64,000 nucleotides of DNA, taken from assembly GCA_007125955.1 (NCBI GenBank), contig SLCF01000051.1:10010-74009 (forward strand), read 5' to 3'. Positions 48,586 to 57,462 of the stretch are shown piece by piece. The translations under genes were made by a program, and so were the position numbers. This stretch comes from Bacteroidales bacterium. Lineage in GTDB: Bacteria > Bacteroidota > Bacteroidia > Bacteroidales > PUMT01. Every line of letters begins with the position of its first letter. The first letter of the stretch is position 1. Below the pieces are notes generated by a model, which worked only from the letters and a program-made list of their open reading frames with translations, did no database searches and was not told the origin of the DNA.

Positions 48586-49824
48586 GCTGTATTTCAGCTT
48601 AATATACACCATGTCATTATCACTGTACTGGCCGAACCTTCCTTCTTCTCCGATAAATATATTTGCTCCTCCAAGCACTTCAAATGCATCTGCAAAATCC
48701 CACGTTATTTTCGGGCGTATAAGTGCATCCTCATTATTAAAGCCGGTATATGCAAATAACTCGAGCCGGAGCTTTTCACGGAAAAAATCCTTATTTGCCA
48801 TAAATGTCATTGTAGTTTCAAACTCATCATTTTGAATATGAGCATCATAATCCAGAATATATTCCTGTATGAACTGTGAGCTCAGGTTTACCCCTCCAAT
48901 TGTAAAATCTATACCGGCCATATAATGCAGGTAATTTTTTTTAACAACTGCATCAGGCACTGCAGGGTCGGTTGTCTGGAAATACCTGCCGGAATAATAA
49001 CCTCCTTCCCCCCTGAGAACAAACCTTCCTACCGGCTTACTGAAGCTGCCACCTGCCATTGAAACCCTGTGATATTGTGGAGATACGGTCAACCCAGTTA
49101 TATTACCCGTTGCGGGATCCAGTTCCCTTTCCATATGCAGGGCAGGATCATCGTACCAGAAATATCCTCCCACAAATTCCAGATCGGCCGATGGTGACAT
49201 CAAAGAGTAACGCAGGAATATCTCGCTGTTTTCAACTGACGGTTTTACATCCGAGAGTGAATGGTCAAACTGCGGAGGCACCGGAAAGTCCATCTCCGGG
49301 CGCCATATGGAACCTTCCCCCGGCATTTTGGTCGCTGTAAAAACCGGTGCCCATACTGCTTCAACAGTATTCATTCCAAAATAATAATTTGCTTTTACCG
49401 AGGTCACTCCCATCCTTATTTCCTCAAAATCGGGTAGCAGAAACTCCCTCATGTCTTTCGGGGAAACCACATCGGTTATGAACACCCCGTCAGCCTTGCC
49501 CCAAATTATCTGTTGCCTGCCGACACGCAGATCAATATTGTCAAAATAGATGTCAAGGTATGCTTCCCTTAGTCCTATTTCCGGCTCATTATCAAAGTAC
49601 TGGTAGAAGTATGGATTTACCCTGAAGGCGATATTGTCGCCTCTTTTAGATAAATTGATATTCAATGTATTCTGAAGTATTGAAAGCTCTCCTCCTTCCG
49701 ATGTAAGGACACCGGTATAGTTTCTGGCATATCCTCCTATACGGAGCTCATCACCGAACTGCGTATAGGAAGGAACTGTAAAGATTGCCGTTATAAATGA
49801 TATGAAAATAAATTTTTTCAGCAT
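48580..49824 (-). CDS. outer-membrane beta-barrel protein (DUF1302-like)
   Basis: Start moved to the ATG at 49824 (MLKKFIFISFITAIFTVPSYTQ signal peptide). The RVGRQQIIWGKADG motif is present and the C-terminus reads ...KLKYSF. Confidence 0.7.
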   Translation of the reverse strand: MLKKFIFISFITAIFTVPSYTQFGDELRIGGYARNYTGVLTSEGGELSILQNTLNINLSKRGDNIAFRVNPYFYQYFDNEPEIGLREAYLDIYFDNIDLRVGRQQIIWGKADGVFITDVVSPKDMREFLLPDFEEIRMGVTSVKANYYFGMNTVEAVWAPVFTATKMPGEGSIWRPEMDFPVPPQFDHSLSDVKPSVENSEIFLRYSLMSPSADLEFVGGYFWYDDPALHMERELDPATGNITGLTVSPQYHRVSMAGGSFSKPVGRFVLRGEGGYYSGRYFQTTDPAVPDAVVKKNYLHYMAGIDFTIGGVNLSSQFIQEYILDYDAHIQNDEFETTMTFMANKDFFREKLRLELFAYTGFNNEDALIRPKITWDFADAFEVLGGANIFIGEEGRFGQYSDNDMVYIKLKYSF

Positions 49825-49861
49825 AATATTTGTATTTACCGTTATTCCATTTTCCAAAAAA

Positions 49862-50716
49862 TCAGATACCCTGCATCATACTTCTTTCCGTGAACATTCT
49901 GTCTGCCAGCCCCTGATTTATGCTTATATTCGTGAACTTCATATTTGTAGTATGCTCTCTCTGTACATTCTTCATCTCAGTTTCAAGAATGGTCCAGAAA
50001 CCGTCAATCTGATCATAATCCTTTATTTGAAGTGTTTTCAGGTGACGCCCCCTCTCATCATAGAATTCCCGTTTCAGTCCGAGTAGATTATCTTTCATAA
50101 CCCATGTTACGGTTTTCGAGTACATATAATCGCTCTCTTTGGGAGTGCTCTCTACAACCCAGCATTCCCTGCCGTCAATTGTCTCTTCACCTGTCAGCTC
50201 ATGATTATCTTCATCAGGGTGGCGCTCTCCAAGATCGTCGTAAGTAAAATCGGATCCCATAAAATAGTCGCTTTTCCCGTCGCTTGAGATCCTTCTGATC
50301 CTTTTAAGGGCGGGAAGATAGATCCACTGGTCATCGTCACTGCCGTCAGTGTAGCTCCAGTTCATAAAAGAGGTACCCTTCACGTCAGCGGGAGAAAGAA
50401 AGAACATTATCCTCTTTTCAACTTCACCGTCATCTTTGATATACTGGCGCAACTCCCTTACACGTCTTTCACCCTGCCTGTTGATAAGGGTCATCGTCAG
50501 ATCTCCCTGCATATCATCACCTGAAGGGTTGTGGTAAACCTTCTCCATTATCTCCTGTCCGATTCGCTGTGCCAAAGCATTCTGTGAGGATAATAATCCC
50601 AAAGAAAACATCAGAGTTGCCAGAAGAAAAATCTTATTTATCACTCCTGGTTCAGCATAGGCGAGCCCTGCATCTTTGCAGTTTGTGTTTCCTGCATTTA
50701 AATTGTTGGTTTTCAT
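49862..50716 (-). CDS. outer-membrane lipoprotein-sorting (LolA-like) family protein
   Basis: Start moved to the ATG at 50716, which is preceded by AAGGAGG. The motif QWIYLPALKRIRRISSDGKSDYFMGSDFTYDDL is typical of the LolA_like family. Confidence 0.75.
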   Translation of the reverse strand: MKTNNLNAGNTNCKDAGLAYAEPGVINKIFLLATLMFSLGLLSSQNALAQRIGQEIMEKVYHNPSGDDMQGDLTMTLINRQGERRVRELRQYIKDDGEVEKRIMFFLSPADVKGTSFMNWSYTDGSDDDQWIYLPALKRIRRISSDGKSDYFMGSDFTYDDLGERHPDEDNHELTGEETIDGRECWVVESTPKESDYMYSKTVTWVMKDNLLGLKREFYDERGRHLKTLQIKDYDQIDGFWTILETEMKNVQREHTTNMKFTNISINQGLADRMFTERSMMQGI

Positions 50717-50804
50717 CTTAAATTCCTCCTTAATTTTAGTTTGTATTATAATTATTGATTTTGTGATTATCTGAATACGAAAGCCTGCAGTCCGTTTTAA
50801 CAAT

Positions 50805-53111
50805 CTATTTTTTGACAGTTTCACCCTGTCTGTTAGCAAACACCCTGAATGTATAGATCAGGATCATCATTATTGTAAGTGTTCCAAGCAGACTGGTGAA
50901 CATGTTCATTGATACCAGCGCACCAAGCGTACGGTTGGGTGGAAATACAGAGAACAGGAGCACCAGGAAACCTGCAATAACCACAACGGCATTGAACAGA
51001 ATTGCCTTACCGGTCTGACCCATTGTCACATGCAGTGCATCCTGACGTGATCCGCTTTTTGAGATGTTCATCCTGTAATTTTGGATAAAGTGGATCGCAT
51101 AGTCAATTCCGATCCCGATGGCGATACTCGAAAGCAGCGCTGTTGTTGTGCTGAGCGGAATATTAAGCAACCCCATCACCCCGAAGCTTATCAGTGCTGT
51201 TATTGAAATTGGTACCGCACCGATCAGACCTGCTTTTATACTGCGGAACATCAAACTCAGCAGTATAAGCACCAGGATAAGCGTAATCCCGATGCTTAGT
51301 ATCTGGCCCTCCAGTATCAGGCTTGTAAAAACAAGTGCTTTGTATCCCGATCCCGCGTAATTGATCTCAATCCCGTGTTCTGCGAACTGATCCTCAAAGC
51401 CTTTGATCACAGAGAGTGCCTCATTGATTGTTTTTGAATCATCACCCTTCAGCTGGAAAGTCACATTGGTGCGGTTATAATCGTAATTTACCACCTTTAG
51501 AAGGTTTTCCGGGTCACCCGACATCTCATACAGCAGCAGGTATTGAGCAACCATATCGCTGCCTGAGGGTATGGTATAATACTCATCCCTGTCCTCGTTC
51601 ATAACCTTGTTCATCCGTTTCAGATAGTCGGCAAGAGAAAATGAATTGCCGACTTCGGCAAGTTTTTCGGTCTCCTTCTGCATGGTGTCCATCAGGTGCA
51701 GATATTCAGGCTGCTTGAATGCATCGGCGCTTTCGCTCTCCAGTATTACGTTGAGCGCAGAGGTGCCACCGAACTTGCTGTTCACAAATGCATCGGTCTG
51801 AACGATATCACTGTCCTTCTCGAAATTATCGAGGAAACTTGAGTTTATCCACAACCGTTGCAGTCCGAAAAGTGAAACCAAAACAACCACTGCCACCACA
51901 GAGTAAACCCACACCCTATTTTTCAGCAGATTGTCAGCCACAACATTCAAAATGCTATCATTCAAAAAATCGCCGGTTCCCGACCTCTTCTCACGGGGTT
52001 TATACCCAAACAGCATAACTGCTGCAGGCAGAAAAACCAGAGCCAGTACAAACGCCGAGAATATTCCAAATGCTGTAAAGACACCAAAATATTTTATGGG
52101 GTACACCTGTGATGTGAGAAGCGATATAAAACCTATCATCGTGGTGAAAGCCGCCATTGCCAGGGGTTTCCATAGTATCCCAAGGGTGTAACGTATTGCT
52201 TCATACCTTGATGTGTCAGGGTTTTTCAGGTAATACCGGTTCAGATGGTTGTAGAAATATATTCCATAGGCTACCCCTATCGCAATGAGCATTACCGGTA
52301 TCATTGTCGAGACCGAGTAGACAGGGACATTGAACACAGACATCAGTCCGAATGCCCATATCGAGCTTATAAAAACGCTCAGCAATGTTGCCCCGGCAGC
52401 CCTGTAGCTGCGCAGCAAAAGGAACAGAACAACAGCTATTACCACAAGCACCAGGGGAACCATCTTTTTCATGTCTGCCGGACCGAGAAGCGCCATTGTG
52501 CCCTCGACAATTGGCCGGCCTGCAACGTATATTACTTCATCTTCACTTTCAAAGGAGTGAGCGAAATCCATTATTTCCCGGTAAAACTCCTGCGTAAAAT
52601 ATTTGCTGTCCATTCCCGCAACTATCAGTGCCACCGTTTCATCTTCCGAAACCAGTCGCCGGTACACCATATCATTATCCCTTACATCCAGCCTGAGCTC
52701 CTCAAGTCTTCCCGGAGCGGTGGGAATACGCGTGTAAAATGACCTGACATCCAGGCCCCATTCATCTCCGGTGATATTATCGGCCGACCAGAGGGACATC
52801 ACATCATTGGCATCAAACTCCTCCATATCTTCAAGGGCATCTGTGATATCCCTGATCTTTTCGAGGGTCCGGGGATTATAGATACCTGACCTGTTCTCAA
52901 TGGCAATCAGGATCCCATCCCTGATATTGAACCACTTCTCTGCCTGGTTACTGTAAATAAAAGCAGGGTGTTCTGAAGGCATATACTCATCGAGGTTTGT
53001 TTCCATCCTCGCATTTTTAATCATGGTACTCAGGAACCATATGCTTAATATCAGCACCGATAACATTGTCAGCCATGCCAGGCCTTTCAGCTTTTTTTTG
53101 TCGTTTTGCAT
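50805..53111 (-). CDS. MMPL/RND-superfamily exporter (HpnN-like, 12 TM)
   Basis: 768 aa built from two 6-TM bundles, each preceded by a large periplasmic loop. Confidence 0.8.
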   Translation of the reverse strand: MQNDKKKLKGLAWLTMLSVLILSIWFLSTMIKNARMETNLDEYMPSEHPAFIYSNQAEKWFNIRDGILIAIENRSGIYNPRTLEKIRDITDALEDMEEFDANDVMSLWSADNITGDEWGLDVRSFYTRIPTAPGRLEELRLDVRDNDMVYRRLVSEDETVALIVAGMDSKYFTQEFYREIMDFAHSFESEDEVIYVAGRPIVEGTMALLGPADMKKMVPLVLVVIAVVLFLLLRSYRAAGATLLSVFISSIWAFGLMSVFNVPVYSVSTMIPVMLIAIGVAYGIYFYNHLNRYYLKNPDTSRYEAIRYTLGILWKPLAMAAFTTMIGFISLLTSQVYPIKYFGVFTAFGIFSAFVLALVFLPAAVMLFGYKPREKRSGTGDFLNDSILNVVADNLLKNRVWVYSVVAVVVLVSLFGLQRLWINSSFLDNFEKDSDIVQTDAFVNSKFGGTSALNVILESESADAFKQPEYLHLMDTMQKETEKLAEVGNSFSLADYLKRMNKVMNEDRDEYYTIPSGSDMVAQYLLLYEMSGDPENLLKVVNYDYNRTNVTFQLKGDDSKTINEALSVIKGFEDQFAEHGIEINYAGSGYKALVFTSLILEGQILSIGITLILVLILLSLMFRSIKAGLIGAVPISITALISFGVMGLLNIPLSTTTALLSSIAIGIGIDYAIHFIQNYRMNISKSGSRQDALHVTMGQTGKAILFNAVVVIAGFLVLLFSVFPPNRTLGALVSMNMFTSLLGTLTIMMILIYTFRVFANRQGETVKK

Positions 53112-53115
53112 AATT

Positions 53116-53139
53116 ATGTTTGTTAATATTAACTAACTT
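53116..53139 (-). promoter_or_regulatory. second TetR-operator-like site just upstream of the MMPL gene
   Basis: The minus strand reads AAGTTAGTTAA-TA-TTAACAAACAT. The left arm is identical (11/11) to the operator at 53793-53816 and the right arm matches 8/11. Confidence 0.4.
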
Positions 53140-53173
53140 TAGTTGTTAAAAAAATACCATCATTGAGAGGGAA

Positions 53174-53770
53174 TTAAGTAAGGTTTTGATTTTTAATTAA
53201 AAGTTTAACCGAATTTATCAGTTTCTGTCCTTCTTTTTCAAGTTTAAAGTTGTATCCTGAGAACTGCCATTGTTTAACGAAAAGACGAAGTGACCCCATA
53301 ATGATTATTGCAATATGACCAGCCTCCAGATCATTCCTTATTTCTCCTTCTTCCTGTCCAGTCACAATGATTTTTCTAAGTATCTGACTGTTCCGGTTTA
53401 TAACTTCGGCAATCTTTTCAATCAGAGCCGGCTCGCTGCGGAATATCTCCTCCGAAAAGATAACTGACACCAGTGTGGGATTTTCGGCAAACTTTGAAAA
53501 ATGTTGTGAGAACAAGTACTCTATTTTGTGAATAGCTCCAGAATCACTCTGCAACGTATCTTCGAAAATACTACCTGAACTTTCTTTGAACAGATCAAGT
53601 ATTTTTAGAAGAATCTCTATTTTATTTTCATAATGCCGATATATTGCCGGTTCGCTTATACCAATCTTTTTTGACAGGTTCTTAATAGTAAGACCCTGTA
53701 TACCTTTTTGACTGATGAGGTCAAGGGCAGTATCAAGAATTTCTTTCTGGCGTTCGGTTTGCATGGTCAT
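53174..53770 (-). CDS. TetR/AcrR family transcriptional regulator
   Basis: N-terminal HTH reads LTIKNLSKKIGISEPAIYRHYENK. Confidence 0.9.
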   Translation of the reverse strand: MTMQTERQKEILDTALDLISQKGIQGLTIKNLSKKIGISEPAIYRHYENKIEILLKILDLFKESSGSIFEDTLQSDSGAIHKIEYLFSQHFSKFAENPTLVSVIFSEEIFRSEPALIEKIAEVINRNSQILRKIIVTGQEEGEIRNDLEAGHIAIIIMGSLRLFVKQWQFSGYNFKLEKEGQKLINSVKLLIKNQNLT

Positions 53771-53790
53771 TGATTTTTAATATTTCATCA

Positions 53791-53816
53791 CAAAGTTAGT
53801 TAATGTTTACTAACTT
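53791..53816 (-). promoter_or_regulatory. candidate tetR promoter -7 box overlapped by a 24-bp palindromic operator
   Basis: The palindrome AAGTTAGTTAA-TG-TTTACTAACTT (53793-53816) has arms matching 10/11. The minus-strand TAACTTTG (53798-53791) matches TAnnTTTG. Both lie ~20 nt upstream of the tetR ATG. Confidence 0.5.
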
Positions 53817-53918
53817 GCCAAATATTTTACTGATTTTTTTCAAAATATTTACATCTTTTTAATTCTTTTCTGCCAACATATTGTTTAACAAGCTTTATAG
53901 TTTATTTCCAACGTGTCA

Positions 53919-53995
53919 GGAATATTCACGGCAACATTGCTTAGTGCCTTGCTGAAGGTCTCCTTGCCGTTGCAGCAGTGCTGGGCAGGAAATAA
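53919..53995 (+). pseudogene. remnant of the 3' end of a diverged homolog of the 47877..48572 membrane-protein gene
   Basis: The translation GIFTATLLSALL compares with RVLFAALLSVML in the intact gene, with synonymous-type codon differences. A 1-nt frame slip follows. The sequence then runs into the identical LAVAAVLGRK* coded by the right repeat. Confidence 0.45.
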
Positions 53996-54008
53996 TATTT
54001 TATCAAAA
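53961..54008 (+). repeat. right copy of the perfect 48-bp direct repeat
   Basis: It is identical to 48538-48585. The flanking bases differ on both sides (t/c before, g/a after). Confidence 0.95.
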
Positions 54009-54020
54009 AAAGGTTTCCGT

Positions 54021-55790
54021 TTAGAAAGGCCAGATCATCATTATCATGGGCACACCCACCACAACTATTATCACTTCCAGGGGAAGTCCCATACGCCAGT
54101 AATCGGTGAATTTGTAGCCGCCCGGACCCATAACAAGGGTGTTGGACTGGTGGCCTATTGGTGTAAGAAAGGCACAGGAGCCTCCCACAGCCACGGCCAT
54201 AAGGAAAGGGTCTGCCGAAAAGCCCATTCCGTTTGCCACACCTATGGTAATAGGTGCCATCAAAACAACTGTGGCGGCATTGTTTATTATATCTGAAAGG
54301 AACATGGTAACTACAAGAATAACGGTAAGTATAAACCAGGGAGGGAAGGTGTCACCAATGTTCAGTATATTTTTAGCTATAAGCCCTGCCCCTCCGGATG
54401 TTTCCAGGGCATTGCCCACGGGTATCATAGCCCCGAGGAGAATAATTACAGGCCAGTCAATGCTGTTATAAAACTCCTTTAAAGGGAGAATACCGGACAG
54501 AACCATTATAACAGCTGCTATTCCAAAGGCGATTTGCACGGGAAGCAGTCCGGTCAGAACCGTTACAATTGCAGCAGCAAATATGCCCAGGGCCAGGGGG
54601 ATCCTGGTACGGTATCCTATGCGCAGGTCTCTTCGGGCCAGGGGAAGGCACCCCATGGAGGTTATTGTGTCAGAAAGCATATGTTCCCTTCCCTGCAGCA
54701 GCAAAACATCCCCTGCACGAAATGTGACATGGTCAATCCGTTTATGCATTTTTCTTTCCCGCCTGGCAACAGCCAGCAGGTTTATCCCGTAACGGCTTCG
54801 CATCCTCATGCTGGATGCTGTCTTCCCTGCAAGTGGAGAATCCGACATCACAACCGCTTCCGTAATAGCGATTTTTTCAGAACCTTTGGCATCTTTTCTG
54901 AATTTCTTCCCTCCCACAAGAGTGGTTTTGGTATCCTTGACGAATGTTTTCAGCTCTTCTGCATCTGCTTCCACAATAATAACATCCCCCGGCAGCAGAG
55001 GCTCATCGGGATCAGGTGCATGAATCCTTTTCCCTTCACGTACAATACCGAGTACGGCAACATCAGTTTTGGAAATCTCAGCTATTTCGGCCACACTTTT
55101 TGAAGCAACACGGGAATCCTTTTTAACCTCCACTTCAGTTATATAATCATCTACATCAAAAAGCTCCGAATCTGACTTTTGAGCAGCCCTCCTTGGCAAA
55201 AGCCTCCAGCCCAATAAAGTTATAAAAGCGATACCTGCAATTGCAATAACTCCGCCTACAGGTGAAAAATCGAACATGCCAAACGGCTCTCCAAACTCCT
55301 CGCCACGAAAAGAAGCAATTATAATGTTGGGGGGAGTCCCTATTAAAGTTGTCATTCCACCGAGAAGGGAGGCAAATGCAATAGGCATAAGTATATATGA
55401 GGGAGGGTTTCCACTTTTCCTTGCCATATGGATGGCAACGGGCATCATTATTGCAAGTGCCCCAACGTTGTTCATGAAAGCGGATGCAACAGCAACAATA
55501 ACAGACAAAGCCATGATCTGAAGCAAAAGGTTTTTCCCGACATTCATAACCCATTTGCCCAGAAGGTCAATCAGGCCGGAATGTTCAAGGGCTTTGCCTA
55601 TAATCAGCACAGCGGCAACGGTAATTACCGCAGGATGTGCAAAACCGTCGAATGCATCTGAGGGTTCAATTATTCCGGCAATAACAAGAATGAAAAGTGA
55701 GATAAGTGCCGTAAGATCGTGCCGTATCCCCCCCCATGCAAACAAGGCCAGTGCAAGAAGCAGTACTCCGAATACCAGGCTGTGATCCAT
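54021..55790 (-). CDS. SLC13/DASS-type anion permease with two central TrkA-C domains
   Basis: 589 aa. Two cytoplasmic TrkA_C-like repeats (ITEVEVKKDSRVASKSVAEI...GDVIIVEA and ITEAVVMSDSPLAGKTASS...GDVLLLQG) sit between the TM bundles. Confidence 0.8.
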   Translation of the reverse strand: MDHSLVFGVLLLALALFAWGGIRHDLTALISLFILVIAGIIEPSDAFDGFAHPAVITVAAVLIIGKALEHSGLIDLLGKWVMNVGKNLLLQIMALSVIVAVASAFMNNVGALAIMMPVAIHMARKSGNPPSYILMPIAFASLLGGMTTLIGTPPNIIIASFRGEEFGEPFGMFDFSPVGGVIAIAGIAFITLLGWRLLPRRAAQKSDSELFDVDDYITEVEVKKDSRVASKSVAEIAEISKTDVAVLGIVREGKRIHAPDPDEPLLPGDVIIVEADAEELKTFVKDTKTTLVGGKKFRKDAKGSEKIAITEAVVMSDSPLAGKTASSMRMRSRYGINLLAVARRERKMHKRIDHVTFRAGDVLLLQGREHMLSDTITSMGCLPLARRDLRIGYRTRIPLALGIFAAAIVTVLTGLLPVQIAFGIAAVIMVLSGILPLKEFYNSIDWPVIILLGAMIPVGNALETSGGAGLIAKNILNIGDTFPPWFILTVILVVTMFLSDIINNAATVVLMAPITIGVANGMGFSADPFLMAVAVGGSCAFLTPIGHQSNTLVMGPGGYKFTDYWRMGLPLEVIIVVVGVPMIMMIWPF

Positions 55791-55853
55791 TTGAGAGTCT
55801 CATTGATTGTTTAATCAAAACTACAAAAAACCGGTCAAAATATCTTAAAAGAG

Positions 55854-57392
55854 CTATATTACCATGGAATAAACAACCCCTATCACTCCAATTGATGCAA
55901 GTACGTATACCACTTTTGCCGGCATGACCCCCTCACTCTCCGCAGTTTTACCGAAAATCCAGAAAACAAGGGGGTGAACAAGGAAGGGCATTGCAAACAC
56001 AAAAGCGATAATTGCAGAGGCATGTTCACCGAACATACCGCCCTGTATGGCGGCAAAGAGACCGAAATGTGAAATTGCAGATGCATTGGCCATAACCGAG
56101 TCATTCAAACCCATTCCTGTAATGTTCAATATGAACAATCCACCGAAAACAGCTACAAGCTGCCACCCCAGGGAAAATATCATCAGACCCCTTATCTCCT
56201 TCGATTCGACATTATCAGCCTTTCTTAATATCCTTAATGCCAGTGCTGTAAGCGCAACCCCGGCAGCTACAACTATTATTGTGTGCGGAATAAGTAATTT
56301 TCCGGCAGTAGCACTTGCAGCCAGAATGGAAAAAACAAATATGTGGCCAATGAAGGGGACATTGATCATTATGGGAGCCCTGTACTGTGCATCGGGACCA
56401 AGGTCACCGGCAGTACAGGCACCGGTCAGTCCGGAGTGCGACAAAGAACCGGCCATCCCGGGAGCCAGGTTCCGCATATGATTTGCTTTTCCGATAAGTA
56501 TTAATATTGCCAGTCCGCCAAACATCCACATAAGCTGCCCGAAAAATCCGAAAGATAATACAGATGTCATTCCCTGAAGTATGAAGGCATCGGCGATCCT
56601 TGAACCCCCTACCATAAAGTTTGCTGCAAGAACCACAGGGATACCTGCGAACAGGAGGGAGCGGATGGTCGGGCCGAATTTCCAGCGGGAGAAGATCATC
56701 CCCATTATCACTGCCAGTATCATCACGAAAAATATCTCCGGCAGTGCAATTACCGGTCTTATCCAGTCGGATATGTGCCATGAAAGGACAAGAATCCCGA
56801 GGATAAATGCGGTTTCAGCAATTCCCTTACGGATATACACGGGTTTGTTGGTGATCTTGGCCCTGTAATCGATCAGAATAATTGAAGCTACTATTCCGAT
56901 ATATCCCAGAAGAGGATAAAAGACATCCAGCGGTTCGTTGCCGCTGTGTCCTACTATGACCCGTTTCAATGATTCAATCCCTATCAGAACAAAGAAGGAA
57001 CGTATAAGGAACATGAACTGGGTAAACTTGGTACCAAGGAACATCTCCTCGTCCGAGGGCACCACAATGTCTTCCTTGTCTATCTCCTGATTACTTATTA
57101 GCTTCTTTATCTCCTGGCCGCCGACGAAAAATGAAGCGCTCAGCGCGGTTATGGTTACTTTGCTTGTGAAATCAATTATGGGAAACTCACTCAGTCCCGG
57201 TGTCCCGAGTCCGGTCGACTGCAGGACATATCCCATTATCAATCCGAACACTACAATAATCAGTATGGGTGAATAGCGTGTTCCCGCAACAAAAGTACGG
57301 GAAACAAGCACCATCGTTATTACCATAAGAAATGTAAGCCATAGCTGGTTAAGTATGTGGGCATTTGCCATCTGGTCAGATAAGTAATCCAT
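55854..57392 (-). CDS. uncharacterised polytopic membrane protein (possible transporter)
   Basis: 512 aa with at least 12 hydrophobic segments and no family recognised. It lies 63 nt upstream of, and co-directional with, the SLC13 gene. Confidence 0.55.
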   Translation of the reverse strand: MDYLSDQMANAHILNQLWLTFLMVITMVLVSRTFVAGTRYSPILIIVVFGLIMGYVLQSTGLGTPGLSEFPIIDFTSKVTITALSASFFVGGQEIKKLISNQEIDKEDIVVPSDEEMFLGTKFTQFMFLIRSFFVLIGIESLKRVIVGHSGNEPLDVFYPLLGYIGIVASIILIDYRAKITNKPVYIRKGIAETAFILGILVLSWHISDWIRPVIALPEIFFVMILAVIMGMIFSRWKFGPTIRSLLFAGIPVVLAANFMVGGSRIADAFILQGMTSVLSFGFFGQLMWMFGGLAILILIGKANHMRNLAPGMAGSLSHSGLTGACTAGDLGPDAQYRAPIMINVPFIGHIFVFSILAASATAGKLLIPHTIIVVAAGVALTALALRILRKADNVESKEIRGLMIFSLGWQLVAVFGGLFILNITGMGLNDSVMANASAISHFGLFAAIQGGMFGEHASAIIAFVFAMPFLVHPLVFWIFGKTAESEGVMPAKVVYVLASIGVIGVVYSMVI

Positions 57393-57454
57393 TTTCCGGA
57401 ATATTTTGGGTTATATTTAGTATGAATCTATATCAACCTAAAAAAATCATCGCA

Positions 57455-57462
57455 CAAAAATA
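57455..57462 (-). promoter_or_regulatory. candidate -7 box (TATTTTTG) for the membrane-protein/SLC13 pair
   Basis: The minus strand reads TATTTTTG, matching TAnnTTTG, ~60 nt upstream of the ATG at 57392. Confidence 0.3.

Larger units (their letters stand above)
48538..54008. mobile_element. putative integrated genomic islet (TetR + MMPL + LolA-like + OMP) bounded by 48-bp direct repeats; no recombinase gene
   Basis: Perfect direct repeats lie 5423 bp apart. The right repeat is preceded by a diverged remnant of the target gene's 3' end. See findings. Confidence 0.4.

Noticed and set aside
53913-54296. A 127-aa plus-strand ORF spans the right direct repeat.
   Set aside because: It is a GTG-started read-through of the gene-end remnant and repeat, continuing into the antisense of the SLC13 gene. 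Its composition is His/Gly/Cys-rich junk. It was useful only because its shared peptide (SLPLQQCWAGNNILSK) with ORF 48529..48759 flagged the repeat.
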